NCBI GenBank assembly: GCA_965224025.1
Contig: OZ245033.1
Coordinates: 640,001-704,000, forward strand
Reading direction: 5' to 3'
Source: Candidatus Multivorans sp.
GTDB taxonomy: Bacteria > Acidobacteriota > Thermoanaerobaculia > Multivoradales > Multivoraceae
Length of the DNA: 64,000 nt
Position 1 is the stretch's first letter, and the number at the start of each line of letters is the position of its first letter. Shown here in pieces: positions 17,815-28,770 of the stretch. Below the pieces are notes generated by a model, which was not told the origin of the DNA, did no database searches, and was given only the letters and a program-made list of their open reading frames with translations. The position numbers were made by a program, and so were the translations under genes.

Positions 17815-18771
17815 ATGCCTGCTCGTACCATTGGCGCCGGCACCGTATCGTTCGGCTTGGTCTCGATTCCGGTTCGCTTGTACTCCACGTCGGAGACCTC
17901 GGGCGCGGTGCGCTTCAACATGCTGGACCCGACGGACAACACGCGGGTCAAGCAGCAGTTGGTCAACCAGCGGACCGGCACCGAGGTGAAGCGCAAGGAG
18001 ACGATCAAGGGTTACGAGTTCGGCAAGGGGCAGTACGTCACGTTCAGCAACGAGGAGATCAAGGAACTCCAGGAGAAGGCCTCGCCGGCGATCGAAATCA
18101 CCGAGTTCGTGCCGCTTGCGGAAGTCGAGCCGATCTACTTCGAGAAGTCGTACTACCTGGGGCCGGAGAAGGGCGGCGAGCGCGCCTACCGGCTGCTCAG
18201 CGAGGCAATGCGGAAGGCGGGCCGCTCGGCGCTGGCCAAGCACGCGGCCCGCGGCAAGCAGTATCTCGTCATGTTGCGGCCGTACGCGCAGGGCCTGCTC
18301 ATGCAGCAACTGAAGTACGAGGACGAGTTGAAGTCCTTCGGCGAAGTGCCCCTGGGTGAAGAGACGGAGCTCAAGCCCGGCGAACTCGACCTCGCCGTGC
18401 AACTGATCGAGCAGATTGCCTCCGACGAGTTCACGCCCGAGCAGTACACGGACGAAGTGCGCAAGCGGCTGTGGGAGGCGATTCAGAGCAAGATCGAGGG
18501 CCGCGAGGTGGCCGAGGACGAAACGGAGGCGCCGCAGGCGCAGATCATCGACCTGATGGAGGCGCTCAAGGCGAGCCTCTCGAAGGACGGCGACGGCGAC
18601 AAGGAGTCGGCTGCCCGCAAGCCGAAGGCCGGCTCGCGCAAGGCCGGTTCCCGAAAGGCCGGGGCCGATGCCAAGGCGGCCAAGAAGAAAGCCGCCGGCA
18701 GCAAGACGACTAGCAAGAAGCGCACGCGCCGGGCGAAGACGGAACCGGCGCGCAGGACCGCGGTTGGTTGA
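17815..18771 (+). CDS. ku: Ku protein (NHEJ) with a basic C-terminal tail
   Basis: GTVSFGLVSIPVRLY, IKGYEFGKGQYV, YFEKSYYLGP, IIDLMEALKASL; Lys/Ala-rich tail; divergent from ligD. Confidence 0.95.
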   Translation: MPARTIGAGTVSFGLVSIPVRLYSTSETSGAVRFNMLDPTDNTRVKQQLVNQRTGTEVKRKETIKGYEFGKGQYVTFSNEEIKELQEKASPAIEITEFVPLAEVEPIYFEKSYYLGPEKGGERAYRLLSEAMRKAGRSALAKHAARGKQYLVMLRPYAQGLLMQQLKYEDELKSFGEVPLGEETELKPGELDLAVQLIEQIASDEFTPEQYTDEVRKRLWEAIQSKIEGREVAEDETEAPQAQIIDLMEALKASLSKDGDGDKESAARKPKAGSRKAGSRKAGADAKAAKKKAAGSKTTSKKRTRRAKTEPARRTAVG

Positions 18772-18969
18772 CGTGAGCCGCCGTCAGTGAAGCCCTCAGG
18801 GCGAGGGCGCCGGCGCAGCCGCGGCGGCGTTCGTTCAATCGACTGGATCCGCGCCCGCACACGGGCAGGGAGCGGCTAAGGTAGCGCTTCGTCTCCCGTC
18901 ATCCGCGGGCTAGGCCCTTCGGCCGCGCAATAGCAGAACCGACCAGCAGTCAACACAGGAGTCTTCGAG

Positions 18970-19497
18970 ATCGCACCCCCATCCAGAGAGCCGCGCATCA
19001 ACCACCGGATCCGGAAAAGCCCGGTACGGCTCATCGATCAGGACGGTACCCAGGTGGGTGTCGTCGCCTTGGATCAAGCCAGGACGCGCGCTCAGGCGGC
19101 GCGTCTCGATCTCGTCGAAGTGGGTCCCAACACGGACCCGCCCGTGGTCCGTATCCTGGACTGGGGCAAGGTCAAGTTCGAACGCGACAAGAAGAAGAAG
19201 GAGTCGCGGAAGAAGGCGGCGACGATCGATCTGAAGGAGGTCAAGTACCGCCCTACGATCGACCCGCACGACTACCAGATCAAGACCGACCGGGCGCTGC
19301 GCTTCCTGCGCGAGGGCAAGAAGGTCAAGGTCACGATCTTCTTCCGCTACCGGCAACTGCGCCGGCCTGAACTCGGCGTCGCCATTCTGGACAAGGTGAG
19401 CGCGGCGATCGACGGAGTTGGCGAGGTCGAGACGCGCTCCGGACTCGAGGGCCGTCAGATGACGATGATCCTCAACCCGACTCCGCAAGAGGACTGA
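18970..19497 (+). CDS. infC: Translation initiation factor IF-3 with a non-canonical ATC start
   Basis: PRINHRIR..VRLIDQDG, LDLVEV..PPVVRILDWGK, KEVKYRPTIDPHD, GKKVKVTIFFR. AGGAG 8 nt before ATC; in-frame TAG at 18931 with no ATG/GTG/TTG in between. Confidence 0.9.
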   Translation: MAPPSREPRINHRIRKSPVRLIDQDGTQVGVVALDQARTRAQAARLDLVEVGPNTDPPVVRILDWGKVKFERDKKKKESRKKAATIDLKEVKYRPTIDPHDYQIKTDRALRFLREGKKVKVTIFFRYRQLRRPELGVAILDKVSAAIDGVGEVETRSGLEGRQMTMILNPTPQED

Positions 19498-19579
19498 GGA
19501 CGCATCAGGGCGGAGCAGCGGCTCGGGGCGAAGTTCCGCCGTGGGCTGGCACCGAGACGCGGATGTGCGGGATGCTGAC

Positions 19580-20158
19580 ATGAACTTGCGCGTCCCCGTT
19601 GTCGTCTTCGCGGTGCTGGTCGCACTCTGTGCGGTCGTTCTGGCTGTCGCCCTCACGGACGAGCCGGCCGATGGCCGCGGGATCGACCACCCCGGGTTCG
19701 GGACGATGCGCCAGGGCGGCGATTCCGACCGCCACGACGCCGTTCTCCCCCTGGGTTGGCTCTACGGCACGCTGTCGATCGTCCTCTTCGCGGGTCTGAT
19801 GGCGCTGGGCCTTCGACGCGGCGGCCGACTGCCGGGGGGTAGCGGTGCGGCCCTGCTGGTCGGCCTGGCGCTGGTCGTTCTGGTCTTCACGCTCCTGGTT
19901 CTGAGCTACCGCGCCTACGTCGCGCCCGACGCCGCGCGGACGCTGTTCGGCTCCTTCCCGCGACCCTCGGCCTGGATGCTCTACGGCCTGTGGCCCGTCC
20001 CCCTCGTCTTTGCCGCGCTCTACATGCGGAACTTCGATCGCTGGGTGATCAGCGAGGACGAGGTGGCCGAGTTCGAGCAGTTGGTGGCGGAGTCGCGTCG
20101 GGGAAGGGCCTCCGGCGGAGGCGCGGACGAGGCGGCCGGCAGCCCGGGCGAACGGTAG
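19580..20158 (+). CDS. Hypothetical 4-TM membrane protein, co-transcribed with the symporter
   Basis: Four hydrophobic segments; its stop abuts the symporter ATG. Confidence 0.7.
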   Translation: MNLRVPVVVFAVLVALCAVVLAVALTDEPADGRGIDHPGFGTMRQGGDSDRHDAVLPLGWLYGTLSIVLFAGLMALGLRRGGRLPGGSGAALLVGLALVVLVFTLLVLSYRAYVAPDAARTLFGSFPRPSAWMLYGLWPVPLVFAALYMRNFDRWVISEDEVAEFEQLVAESRRGRASGGGADEAAGSPGER

Positions 20159-21640
20159 ATGGAAGGCGGCGGCAACAACGTCATCCTGGCCTGCATCGGC
20201 CTCTATCTCGTGGTCTGCGTCGGCGTCGGACTGTGGGCGCTGCGGCGCACGAAGTCGACGAAGGACTTCTTCATGGCCGGCCGCGACCTGGGGATCATCG
20301 TCACCGCCCTGGCTGTGTTCTCCAGCACGCTGTCGGGCTTCGGATTCGTCGGCGGCCCGGGGCTTGTCTACCGCATGGGCATGAGCTCGCTGTGGATGGT
20401 GATCTGCTCGTCGGTGGGTTACGTGATCGCGTTCTACCTGCTCGGCAAGCGCCTGCGGCTGTTCGCGGAGCTGCGTGACTCGATCTCGCTGCCCGACGCC
20501 GTGGCGGCCCGCTACAAGAGCCAGTGGAGCCGGGGGCTGACGGCACTCGCCATCCTGCTCGGCGTGATGGGCTACCTGGGAACCCAGATCCTGGCCATGG
20601 CGACGGTCCTCCAGGACATTCTCCAGCGCAGCTTCGGACCGATCAGCATCGGGGCCTGCGTCGCCTTCTCATGTGCCGTGCTCGTGTTCTACTGCGTTAC
20701 CGGGGGCATCATCGCTTCGGTCTACACCGACCTCATCCAGGGCTTCGTCATGATGGTGGCGGCAGTGCTGGTGCTGCTGGCCGCGGTCGCGGCGATAGAC
20801 GGCGGCTTCGCCGGCATGAGCGAGACGATCATGGCCGACGACGCGGAGGCGATGGGGCCGTGGGGCACGGCCGGGATGATGAACTCGCTCTCCTGGTACT
20901 TCGTCTTCGCCCTCGGCCTGGCCGGGCAACCGCACATCATCACGAAGATGATGATGTGCCGCCGGGTGCGGGACGCGCGCAGCATTCTGCCGGTTTCCAT
21001 CGCGGCCTACGCGGTCTCGGCCCTGTTGTGGATCAGCATCGGCCTGGTGATGCGGGCCTTGGTGCTTCAGGGGACCCACCCGGAGATTCCAGGCGCCGAC
21101 GCGGCGGCGCCGCAGTTCCTGCAGGCGTTCGCTCATCCGCTCCTCGCCGGCGTCGTCTTCGCGGGCTTGTTCGCGGCGATCATGTCGACCGCGGACGGCT
21201 TCCTGAACATCGGCGCCGCGGCCGTCGTCCACGACATTCCGCGCGCCCTCTTCGGCCGCTCGCTCAGGAACGAACTGCGGTGGGCCCGGATCGTGACCGT
21301 GATCATCGCCGTCGCGGCTTCCCTGTTCGCCCTCTACAGCGGCCAGGACCTCGTCGCCCTGCTCGGCGCCTTCGGCTGGGGCACCTTCGCCGCCGCCCTG
21401 GTGCCCGCGGTGGCCATCGGCTTCAACTGGAAACGCGCCACCGCGACAGCGGCCAACGTGGCCATCGGCTCCAGCCTGGCGATCAACTTCGGGGTTCAGG
21501 TCTCGAGTTTGCCGGTGCCGTACGGCATCGACGTCGGCGCCCTCTCCCTCCTCGTCTCCCTGACCCTCTTCTTCGGCATCTCCCTGCTGTCCAAACCGCC
21601 GCAACTCGACCGCGATATCGCGGCGGTCATGGACATGTAG
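20159..21640 (+). CDS. Sodium:solute symporter (SSS; PutP/PanF-like)
   Basis: DFFMAGR, SGFGFVGGPG, GGIIASVYTDLIQG, GQPHI, AAIMSTAD. Confidence 0.92.
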   Translation: MEGGGNNVILACIGLYLVVCVGVGLWALRRTKSTKDFFMAGRDLGIIVTALAVFSSTLSGFGFVGGPGLVYRMGMSSLWMVICSSVGYVIAFYLLGKRLRLFAELRDSISLPDAVAARYKSQWSRGLTALAILLGVMGYLGTQILAMATVLQDILQRSFGPISIGACVAFSCAVLVFYCVTGGIIASVYTDLIQGFVMMVAAVLVLLAAVAAIDGGFAGMSETIMADDAEAMGPWGTAGMMNSLSWYFVFALGLAGQPHIITKMMMCRRVRDARSILPVSIAAYAVSALLWISIGLVMRALVLQGTHPEIPGADAAAPQFLQAFAHPLLAGVVFAGLFAAIMSTADGFLNIGAAAVVHDIPRALFGRSLRNELRWARIVTVIIAVAASLFALYSGQDLVALLGAFGWGTFAAALVPAVAIGFNWKRATATAANVAIGSSLAINFGVQVSSLPVPYGIDVGALSLLVSLTLFFGISLLSKPPQLDRDIAAVMDM

Positions 21641-21860
21641 CGCGGTTCCACTCCGCGTTCTCCCCATCGGGCTTGGCCCTCAGGGTTGGCTACGAACGCC
21701 TGAAAGTGACTGCCGACCGCCGGTAGACAGCGTCTAGCCCGAAGTTCTGAGGCTCCTGGGGCCTCCTCGTCGTCGAGAGGCGTTGCAGTGCTTGGGTTTT
21801 CGGGTGTTGGGCCGCCCCTGTTTTCCGCCATTGGTAGCCATGTAATGATCTCGTGGCATG

Positions 21861-21889
21861 TAGACATTCTGAATGGTTTCGTCTACAAT
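21861..21889 (+). promoter_or_regulatory. Sigma70-like transposase promoter TAGACA-N17-TACAAT
   Basis: Both hexamers are conserved in copy 2 (36831-36858) while the spacer has diverged; 8 nt upstream of the ATG. Confidence 0.65.
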
Positions 21890-21897
21890 GAGAAGCC

Positions 21898-23616
21898 ATG
21901 TACATCGAACGGGTACCCAACCGAAACTCACCACCAGCCGTCCTGCTGAGAGAGTCCTACCGACAGGACGGAAAGGTCAAGAAACGCACTCTCGCCAACC
22001 TCTCCAAGTGGCCCGACCAACTCGTCGAAGGACTCAGAACCCTGCTCAAGGGAGGAGTCGCCCTGCCTTCGCTCGAGGCAGCCTTCGAGATCCTGCGCGC
22101 CAGACCGCACGGCCACGTCGCCGCCGTCCTCGGCGCGGCCCGAAGCCTCGGCCTCGAACGGCTCCTCGATCGACGGCCCTCGCGCGAGCGGGCGCTGGCG
22201 CTGGCCATGATCGCGGCCCGCATCCTCGAGCCGCGATCCAAGCTCGCCACCGCCCGCGGACTCGCAAGCGAGACCATGAGCCACACCCTCGGCGAGGAAC
22301 TCGGCGTGCAGGAGGCCTCGGCCGACGAACTCTACGGCGCCATGGACTGGCTGCTCGAAAAACAGCCGCGCATCGAGCGGACTCTTGCCCGGCGGCATCT
22401 GGAAGACGGCTCGCTGGTGCTCTGCGACGTGACCTCGGTCTACTTTGAGGGCAGGAAGTGCACGCTGGCCAGGCACGGCTACTCCAGGGACAAGAAGAGA
22501 GGCAAGGTCCAGATCGTCTTCGGCCTGCTCTGCAGCCGGGACGGATGCCCGGTCGCGGTCGAGGTATTCGAGGGCAACACGGCCGATCCGACGACCCTGA
22601 ACGCCCAGGTGCAGAAGCTCCGCGACCGCTTCTCGCTGGAGAGGATCGTGATGGTCTCAGACCGGGGCCTGATCACCGACGCGCGCATCCGCGAGGACCT
22701 CGACCCCGCGGGCCTGTCCTGGATCAGCGCCCTGCGCGCGCCGGCGATCAGGACGCTGGCCCAGGAAGGCCACCTGCAACTGTCGCTCTTCGACCAGCGG
22801 AAGATGGCCGAGATCAGGGTTCCGGAGCTGTACCCGAAGGAGCGCCTCGTGGTGTGCCGGAACCCGCTTCTGGCGGAGGAACGCGGCCGCAAGCGCCAGG
22901 AGCTTCTCGAAGCCACCGAGCGCAAGCTCGACGCCGTCGTTGCGGCGACGCGGCGCAAGAAGAACCCCCTGCGCGGCAAGGACGCCATCGCCGTGCGCGC
23001 GGACCGCGCCCGGGGCGCCTACAAGGTCGGCAAGCACTTCGAGGTCGAGATCGAAGAGGACGGCTTCCAATACCGCCGCAACGAGGCGCGCATCGCCGAG
23101 GAAGCCGCTCTCGACGGCTTCTACGTCATCCGCACCAACGTCCCCGAAGACGAACTGCCGGCAGCCGATGCGGTCCGCGCCTACAAGAGCCTCAGCCGCG
23201 TCGAACGCGCCTTCCGCTCCTACAAGAGCGTCGACCTCAAAGTGCGCCCCGTCCACCATCGCCCGGCCTCGAGGGTGCGCGCCCATGTCTTCCTCTGCAT
23301 GCTCGCCTACTACGTCGAGTGGCACATGCGCCGGACCCTGGCGCCCATCCTCTTCGACGACCAACGCCGCGACGACCAACGCGAGTCGCCAGTCGATCCC
23401 GCGCGCAGGTCGCCCGAGGCGATGGCCAAGGCCAACTCCCGGAGGACCCCCGACGGACTCCCCGTCCACAGCTTCCAGACCTTGCTCGCCGACCTGGCCA
23501 CGCTGACCCGAAACCGGGTGCGGATGCACGGCGACGCCGACTCCACAGCCGACGTCCTCGCACGGCCCACTCCACTCCAGAACGAAGCCTTCAAGCTACT
23601 CGGCATCCGCCCCTGA
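21898..23616 (+). CDS. IS1634-family DDE transposase
   Basis: MYIERVPNR..LLRESYR; DDE candidates CDVTSVYFEG, SDRG, VERAFR; HVFLCMLAYY. Confidence 0.92.
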   Translation: MYIERVPNRNSPPAVLLRESYRQDGKVKKRTLANLSKWPDQLVEGLRTLLKGGVALPSLEAAFEILRARPHGHVAAVLGAARSLGLERLLDRRPSRERALALAMIAARILEPRSKLATARGLASETMSHTLGEELGVQEASADELYGAMDWLLEKQPRIERTLARRHLEDGSLVLCDVTSVYFEGRKCTLARHGYSRDKKRGKVQIVFGLLCSRDGCPVAVEVFEGNTADPTTLNAQVQKLRDRFSLERIVMVSDRGLITDARIREDLDPAGLSWISALRAPAIRTLAQEGHLQLSLFDQRKMAEIRVPELYPKERLVVCRNPLLAEERGRKRQELLEATERKLDAVVAATRRKKNPLRGKDAIAVRADRARGAYKVGKHFEVEIEEDGFQYRRNEARIAEEAALDGFYVIRTNVPEDELPAADAVRAYKSLSRVERAFRSYKSVDLKVRPVHHRPASRVRAHVFLCMLAYYVEWHMRRTLAPILFDDQRRDDQRESPVDPARRSPEAMAKANSRRTPDGLPVHSFQTLLADLATLTRNRVRMHGDADSTADVLARPTPLQNEAFKLLGIRP

Positions 23617-23706
23617 AGCCGACGTACCCAGTACAAGACACCGCCGAACAACTGAAAACGCCCACCACTACAGGCGATTTCACGACTTGAAGCTCAGAAC
23701 TTCGGT

Positions 23707-23897
23707 CTAGCCTGCGCAGGGGTTCAGGGGGAGGGGGCCCAAGTGGCTCGGAGCGAGCGACGGCCGAGTTCTTCCGTAGGACGATGGCCAACCGGAGCGA
23801 GCGGAGTGCAGTGAGCGCACCCCCCATCGCCTTCCGACAAAGCGCGAGCGGCACCTGGGACCCCTCCCCCTGAACCCCGAAACGCGCGGGCGGGTGC
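23707..23897 (+). repeat. Long hairpin repeat, family R2 (about 190 nt), copy interrupted at its 5' CTAG by IS1634
   Basis: Arms ggggttcagggggagggggcccaagtg / cacctgggacccctccccctgaacccc. Core ggagcgagcgacggcc...ccggagcgagcg.agtgcagtgagcgcaccccc shared with the 39555-39805 copy. Confidence 0.8.
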
Positions 23898-24030
23898 TAC
23901 CGCAACGCCCTAGATTCCTTGAACGAGCGTGGTCTTTACAGTTGAGGCAAGTTTCACCCAGAGCCATGCATCGATACGTCGGCTCGCGTAGCCCGCAAGG
24001 ACATGCTCGTCGGTCTGAGGCGAAGCCTCG

Positions 24031-25902
<1,872 letters not shown>

Positions 25903-26029
25903 GACTGACGGCAGTGGCCGCGGGTCTTCTGACCCGCGGGGGACTTGGCGCCGCGAAGCGGCGACCATCGTCCGGCACCAGACTCCGCGCGTGCTCCCGG
26001 TTTCGGCTCGCCGACCGGAGCACGCGGCG

Positions 26030-27730
26030 GTGCGTCTGCTGCTGCTCGGCGCGGCAGTTGTGTGCGCGCAGGGGGCCTTCCCCGGTCTTGCCGCGCCGGT
26101 TCGGGCGCAAGCGATCGAGGCGCCGATCGATGTACTGGACTACCGCTTCGAGCTGAAGCTCTCCGATACCAGCGACGAGATCGAGGGCCGGGCGGCGATC
26201 GGCTTCCGCGTTCTTCGGGCGGTCTCGGAGGTCGAGTTCGATCTGGATGATCCCGACGGAGAGGCTGGCGGCGAGGCCGGTGGCGTCGAGGCGCCCGGCG
26301 ACGGAGGGCAGGCGGCGGGCGGCATGGTCGTGTCCGCGGTGGCGCTGGCTGAACCGCCGGGGAGGACCTCGGACGCCGAGCGTTCTCTGTCGTTCCGGCA
26401 GGAGGATGGTCGTCTCCATGTCCACCTGGGCCGCGAAGCCGGGGCCGGCCAGGTGTTCCGGATCGAGGTGCGCTACCGCGGCGTGCCCGCCGACGGCCTG
26501 ACCATCGGCGTGAACCGGCACGGCGACCGGACCTTCTTCGCCGACAACTGGCCGAACCGGGCCCACCACTGGCTGCCGGTGGTCGATCACCCGTCGGACA
26601 AGGCGCTGGTCTCGTTCGCGGTCACCGCTCCGGCGCACTACCAGGTCGTCGCCACCGGAGCGTTCGTTGCGGCCATCGACCTGGAGGAAGGCCTGAGGCG
26701 GACCGAGTGGCGTAGCCGGGCGCCGGTCGCCACCAAGGTCATTGCGATCGGCGCCGCGCGCTTCGTCCGCCACCGGCAGGGGGTGGTGGACGGCGTGCCG
26801 GTGGAGACCTGGGTCTACCCGCAGGACCGGGAAGTCGGCCTGCGGGCGTTCGCGCCCGCCGCCCGGGTGGTGGGCAAGTTCGAGCGGCGGCTGGGCGAGT
26901 ACCCCTACGCCAAGCTCGCCAACGTGCAGACGACGACCCGCTGGGGCGGCCTGGAGAACGCGGGCAACGTGTTCTACGACGAGGACGCGATCGACAACGA
27001 GAACGGGATCGAGACCTTGATCGCCCACGAGGTCGCCCACCAGTGGTTCGGCGACGCGGTGACCGAGAGCGACTGGCCGCACGTCTGGCTCAGCGAGGGC
27101 TTCGCGACCTATTTGACCGCCTGCTACCTGGAGTGGACCTACGGCCGCGACCGCTTTCGCGGGCAGATGGACGCGGCGCGCGAGCGGGTACTCAAGTACC
27201 TGGAACAGGCGCCGGACTCGGTTATCGTGCCGGAGGCCGTGCCCGATCCGCGGCGTCTCCTCAGCCCGAACGTCTACCAGAAGGCCGCGTGGGTGCTGCA
27301 CATGCTCCGCGGCGAAGTCGGCGGAGGCACCTTCTGGAAGGGCATGAGGACGTACTACCAGCGCTTCCGCGATCGGAACGCCTCGACCGCCGACTTCGCT
27401 GCAGTCATGGAGGAGGTGTCCGGCCAACGGCTCGACTGGTTCTTCGATCAGTGGCTCTACCGGCCCGGCGTGCCCGAACTCGAGATCGAGTGGAAGTTCG
27501 ACGCCGCGGCGTCGACGGTCGAGTTCGATGTGAGGCAACTCGGACCGACGATCTACCGGCTGCCGCTGGACGTGGAGGCCGTGCTCGCCGATGCCGGTAC
27601 CGTGCGCGGACGAGTCGATGTCGAGGGGGAACGAACCGCGGCGACCGTGCCGGTGCCCGAAAGGCCGGCGCGGCTTCTGATCGACCCGGACGGCTGGCTG
27701 CTGATGCGGAACGCGACTGTTCAGAAGTGA
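26030..27730 (+). CDS. M1 family aminopeptidase, exported (start uncertain)
   Basis: GGLEN exopeptidase motif, HEVAHQWFG...WLSEGFA, VYQKAAWVLHMLR. Confidence 0.9.
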   Translation: MRLLLLGAAVVCAQGAFPGLAAPVRAQAIEAPIDVLDYRFELKLSDTSDEIEGRAAIGFRVLRAVSEVEFDLDDPDGEAGGEAGGVEAPGDGGQAAGGMVVSAVALAEPPGRTSDAERSLSFRQEDGRLHVHLGREAGAGQVFRIEVRYRGVPADGLTIGVNRHGDRTFFADNWPNRAHHWLPVVDHPSDKALVSFAVTAPAHYQVVATGAFVAAIDLEEGLRRTEWRSRAPVATKVIAIGAARFVRHRQGVVDGVPVETWVYPQDREVGLRAFAPAARVVGKFERRLGEYPYAKLANVQTTTRWGGLENAGNVFYDEDAIDNENGIETLIAHEVAHQWFGDAVTESDWPHVWLSEGFATYLTACYLEWTYGRDRFRGQMDAARERVLKYLEQAPDSVIVPEAVPDPRRLLSPNVYQKAAWVLHMLRGEVGGGTFWKGMRTYYQRFRDRNASTADFAAVMEEVSGQRLDWFFDQWLYRPGVPELEIEWKFDAAASTVEFDVRQLGPTIYRLPLDVEAVLADAGTVRGRVDVEGERTAATVPVPERPARLLIDPDGWLLMRNATVQK

Positions 27731-27754
27731 CCGCGCAGTACCATCAGGTCAATC

Positions 27755-28390
27755 ATGCGGCACACGGAACCCTCGGCGGCACAGGACTTTGAGCGGGTAC
27801 ATGCGGATAGCGCCTTCGGCGCCGTCCTGGCCGATCCGCCCTGGCAGTTCGTGAACCGGACCGGCAAGGTGGCGCCGGAGCACCGGCGGCTGAGCCGGTA
27901 TCCGACCCTGACGCAGCCGGAGATCGAGGCGATCCCTGTGGCTTCGGCCTGCGCCGGGGACGCCCACCTCTATCTCTGGGTGCCCAACGCTCTGCTGCAG
28001 GCAGGCCTGGACGTGATGGAGCACTGGGGCTTTACCTACAAGACGAACCTGGTCTGGCACAAGGTGCGCAAGGACGGTGGTCCCGATGGCCGCGGGGTCG
28101 GCTTCTACTTCCGGAACACGACGGAACTCGTCCTGTTCGGGGTCCGGGGCAAGCTGCGGACGCTTCCGCCGGGCAGGCGGCAGGTGAACATCATCCGCTC
28201 GCGCAAGCGGGAGCATTCCCGCAAGCCGGACGAACTCTACGAGATCATCGAAGCGTGCAGCCCCGGTCCGTACCTGGAGCTGTTCGCCCGCGGCCTCCGC
28301 TCGGAGCGATGGACCGCCTGGGGCAACCAGAGTGCCGACTACGAACCCGACTGGCCTACCTACGCGAATGCCAGCGGCGGCCGCCGCTGA
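27755..28390 (+). CDS. MT-A70 family adenine-N6 methyltransferase
   Basis: LADPPW, HLYLWVPN, WGFTYKTNLVWHK, HSRKP, YLELFAR, WGNQ. Confidence 0.92.
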   Translation: MRHTEPSAAQDFERVHADSAFGAVLADPPWQFVNRTGKVAPEHRRLSRYPTLTQPEIEAIPVASACAGDAHLYLWVPNALLQAGLDVMEHWGFTYKTNLVWHKVRKDGGPDGRGVGFYFRNTTELVLFGVRGKLRTLPPGRRQVNIIRSRKREHSRKPDELYEIIEACSPGPYLELFARGLRSERWTAWGNQSADYEPDWPTYANASGGRR

Positions 28391-28401
28391 AGGAGCTTCC
28401 C

Positions 28402-28689
28402 ATGTGCCGCAACATTCGCGTCCTCTACAACTTTGAGCCGCCGGCCAACCACGAGGAAGTGCGCGCGGCGGCGCTTCAGTACGTGCGCAAGGTCAGCGGT
28501 TCGACCAAACCGTCGCGCGCCAATGCGGCCGCCTTCGAGCAGGCCGTGGACGCCGTCGCCGACGCGACCGCCCGGCTGCTCGGAGAACTGACCACGAACG
28601 CGCCGGCCCGCAACCGCCAGGTCGAGGCCGAGAAGGCGAGGGAGCGCTGGCGGCGGCGCCAGCAGCGGGTGGCCGCTGCTTCGGGCTAG
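28402..28689 (+). CDS. DUF2277-like small protein
   Basis: MCRNIRVLYNFEPPA..EEVRAAALQYVRKVSG; AAGGAG RBS. Confidence 0.85.
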   Translation: MCRNIRVLYNFEPPANHEEVRAAALQYVRKVSGSTKPSRANAAAFEQAVDAVADATARLLGELTTNAPARNRQVEAEKARERWRRRQQRVAAASG

Positions 28690-28770
28690 GCGCGGCAGAA
28701 CTCCCAGAGACCGGCGCTTCGCGCCGGATGCGGGCCAGAAGGCCCGCGCACCCAGTTTCTGCCGCGCTAG
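28686..28770. repeat. Hairpin containing an R1-related REP variant between convergent genes
   Basis: gcgcggcagaa...ttctgccgcgc arms enclosing ggatgcgggccagaaggcccgc. Related text at 57949-57970 and 61336-61357. Confidence 0.65.

Larger units (their letters stand above)
21738..23706 (+). mobile_element. IS1634-family insertion sequence, copy 1, flanked by CTAG
   Basis: IRL (c)ccgaagttctgag and IRR ctcagaacttcgg(t); CTAG at 21734-21737 and 23707-23710. Confidence 0.9.

Noticed and set aside
18860-18960. Possible L20-leader-like RNA upstream of infC
   Set aside because: Only vague similarity and rpmI/rplT are absent; needs an Rfam search.
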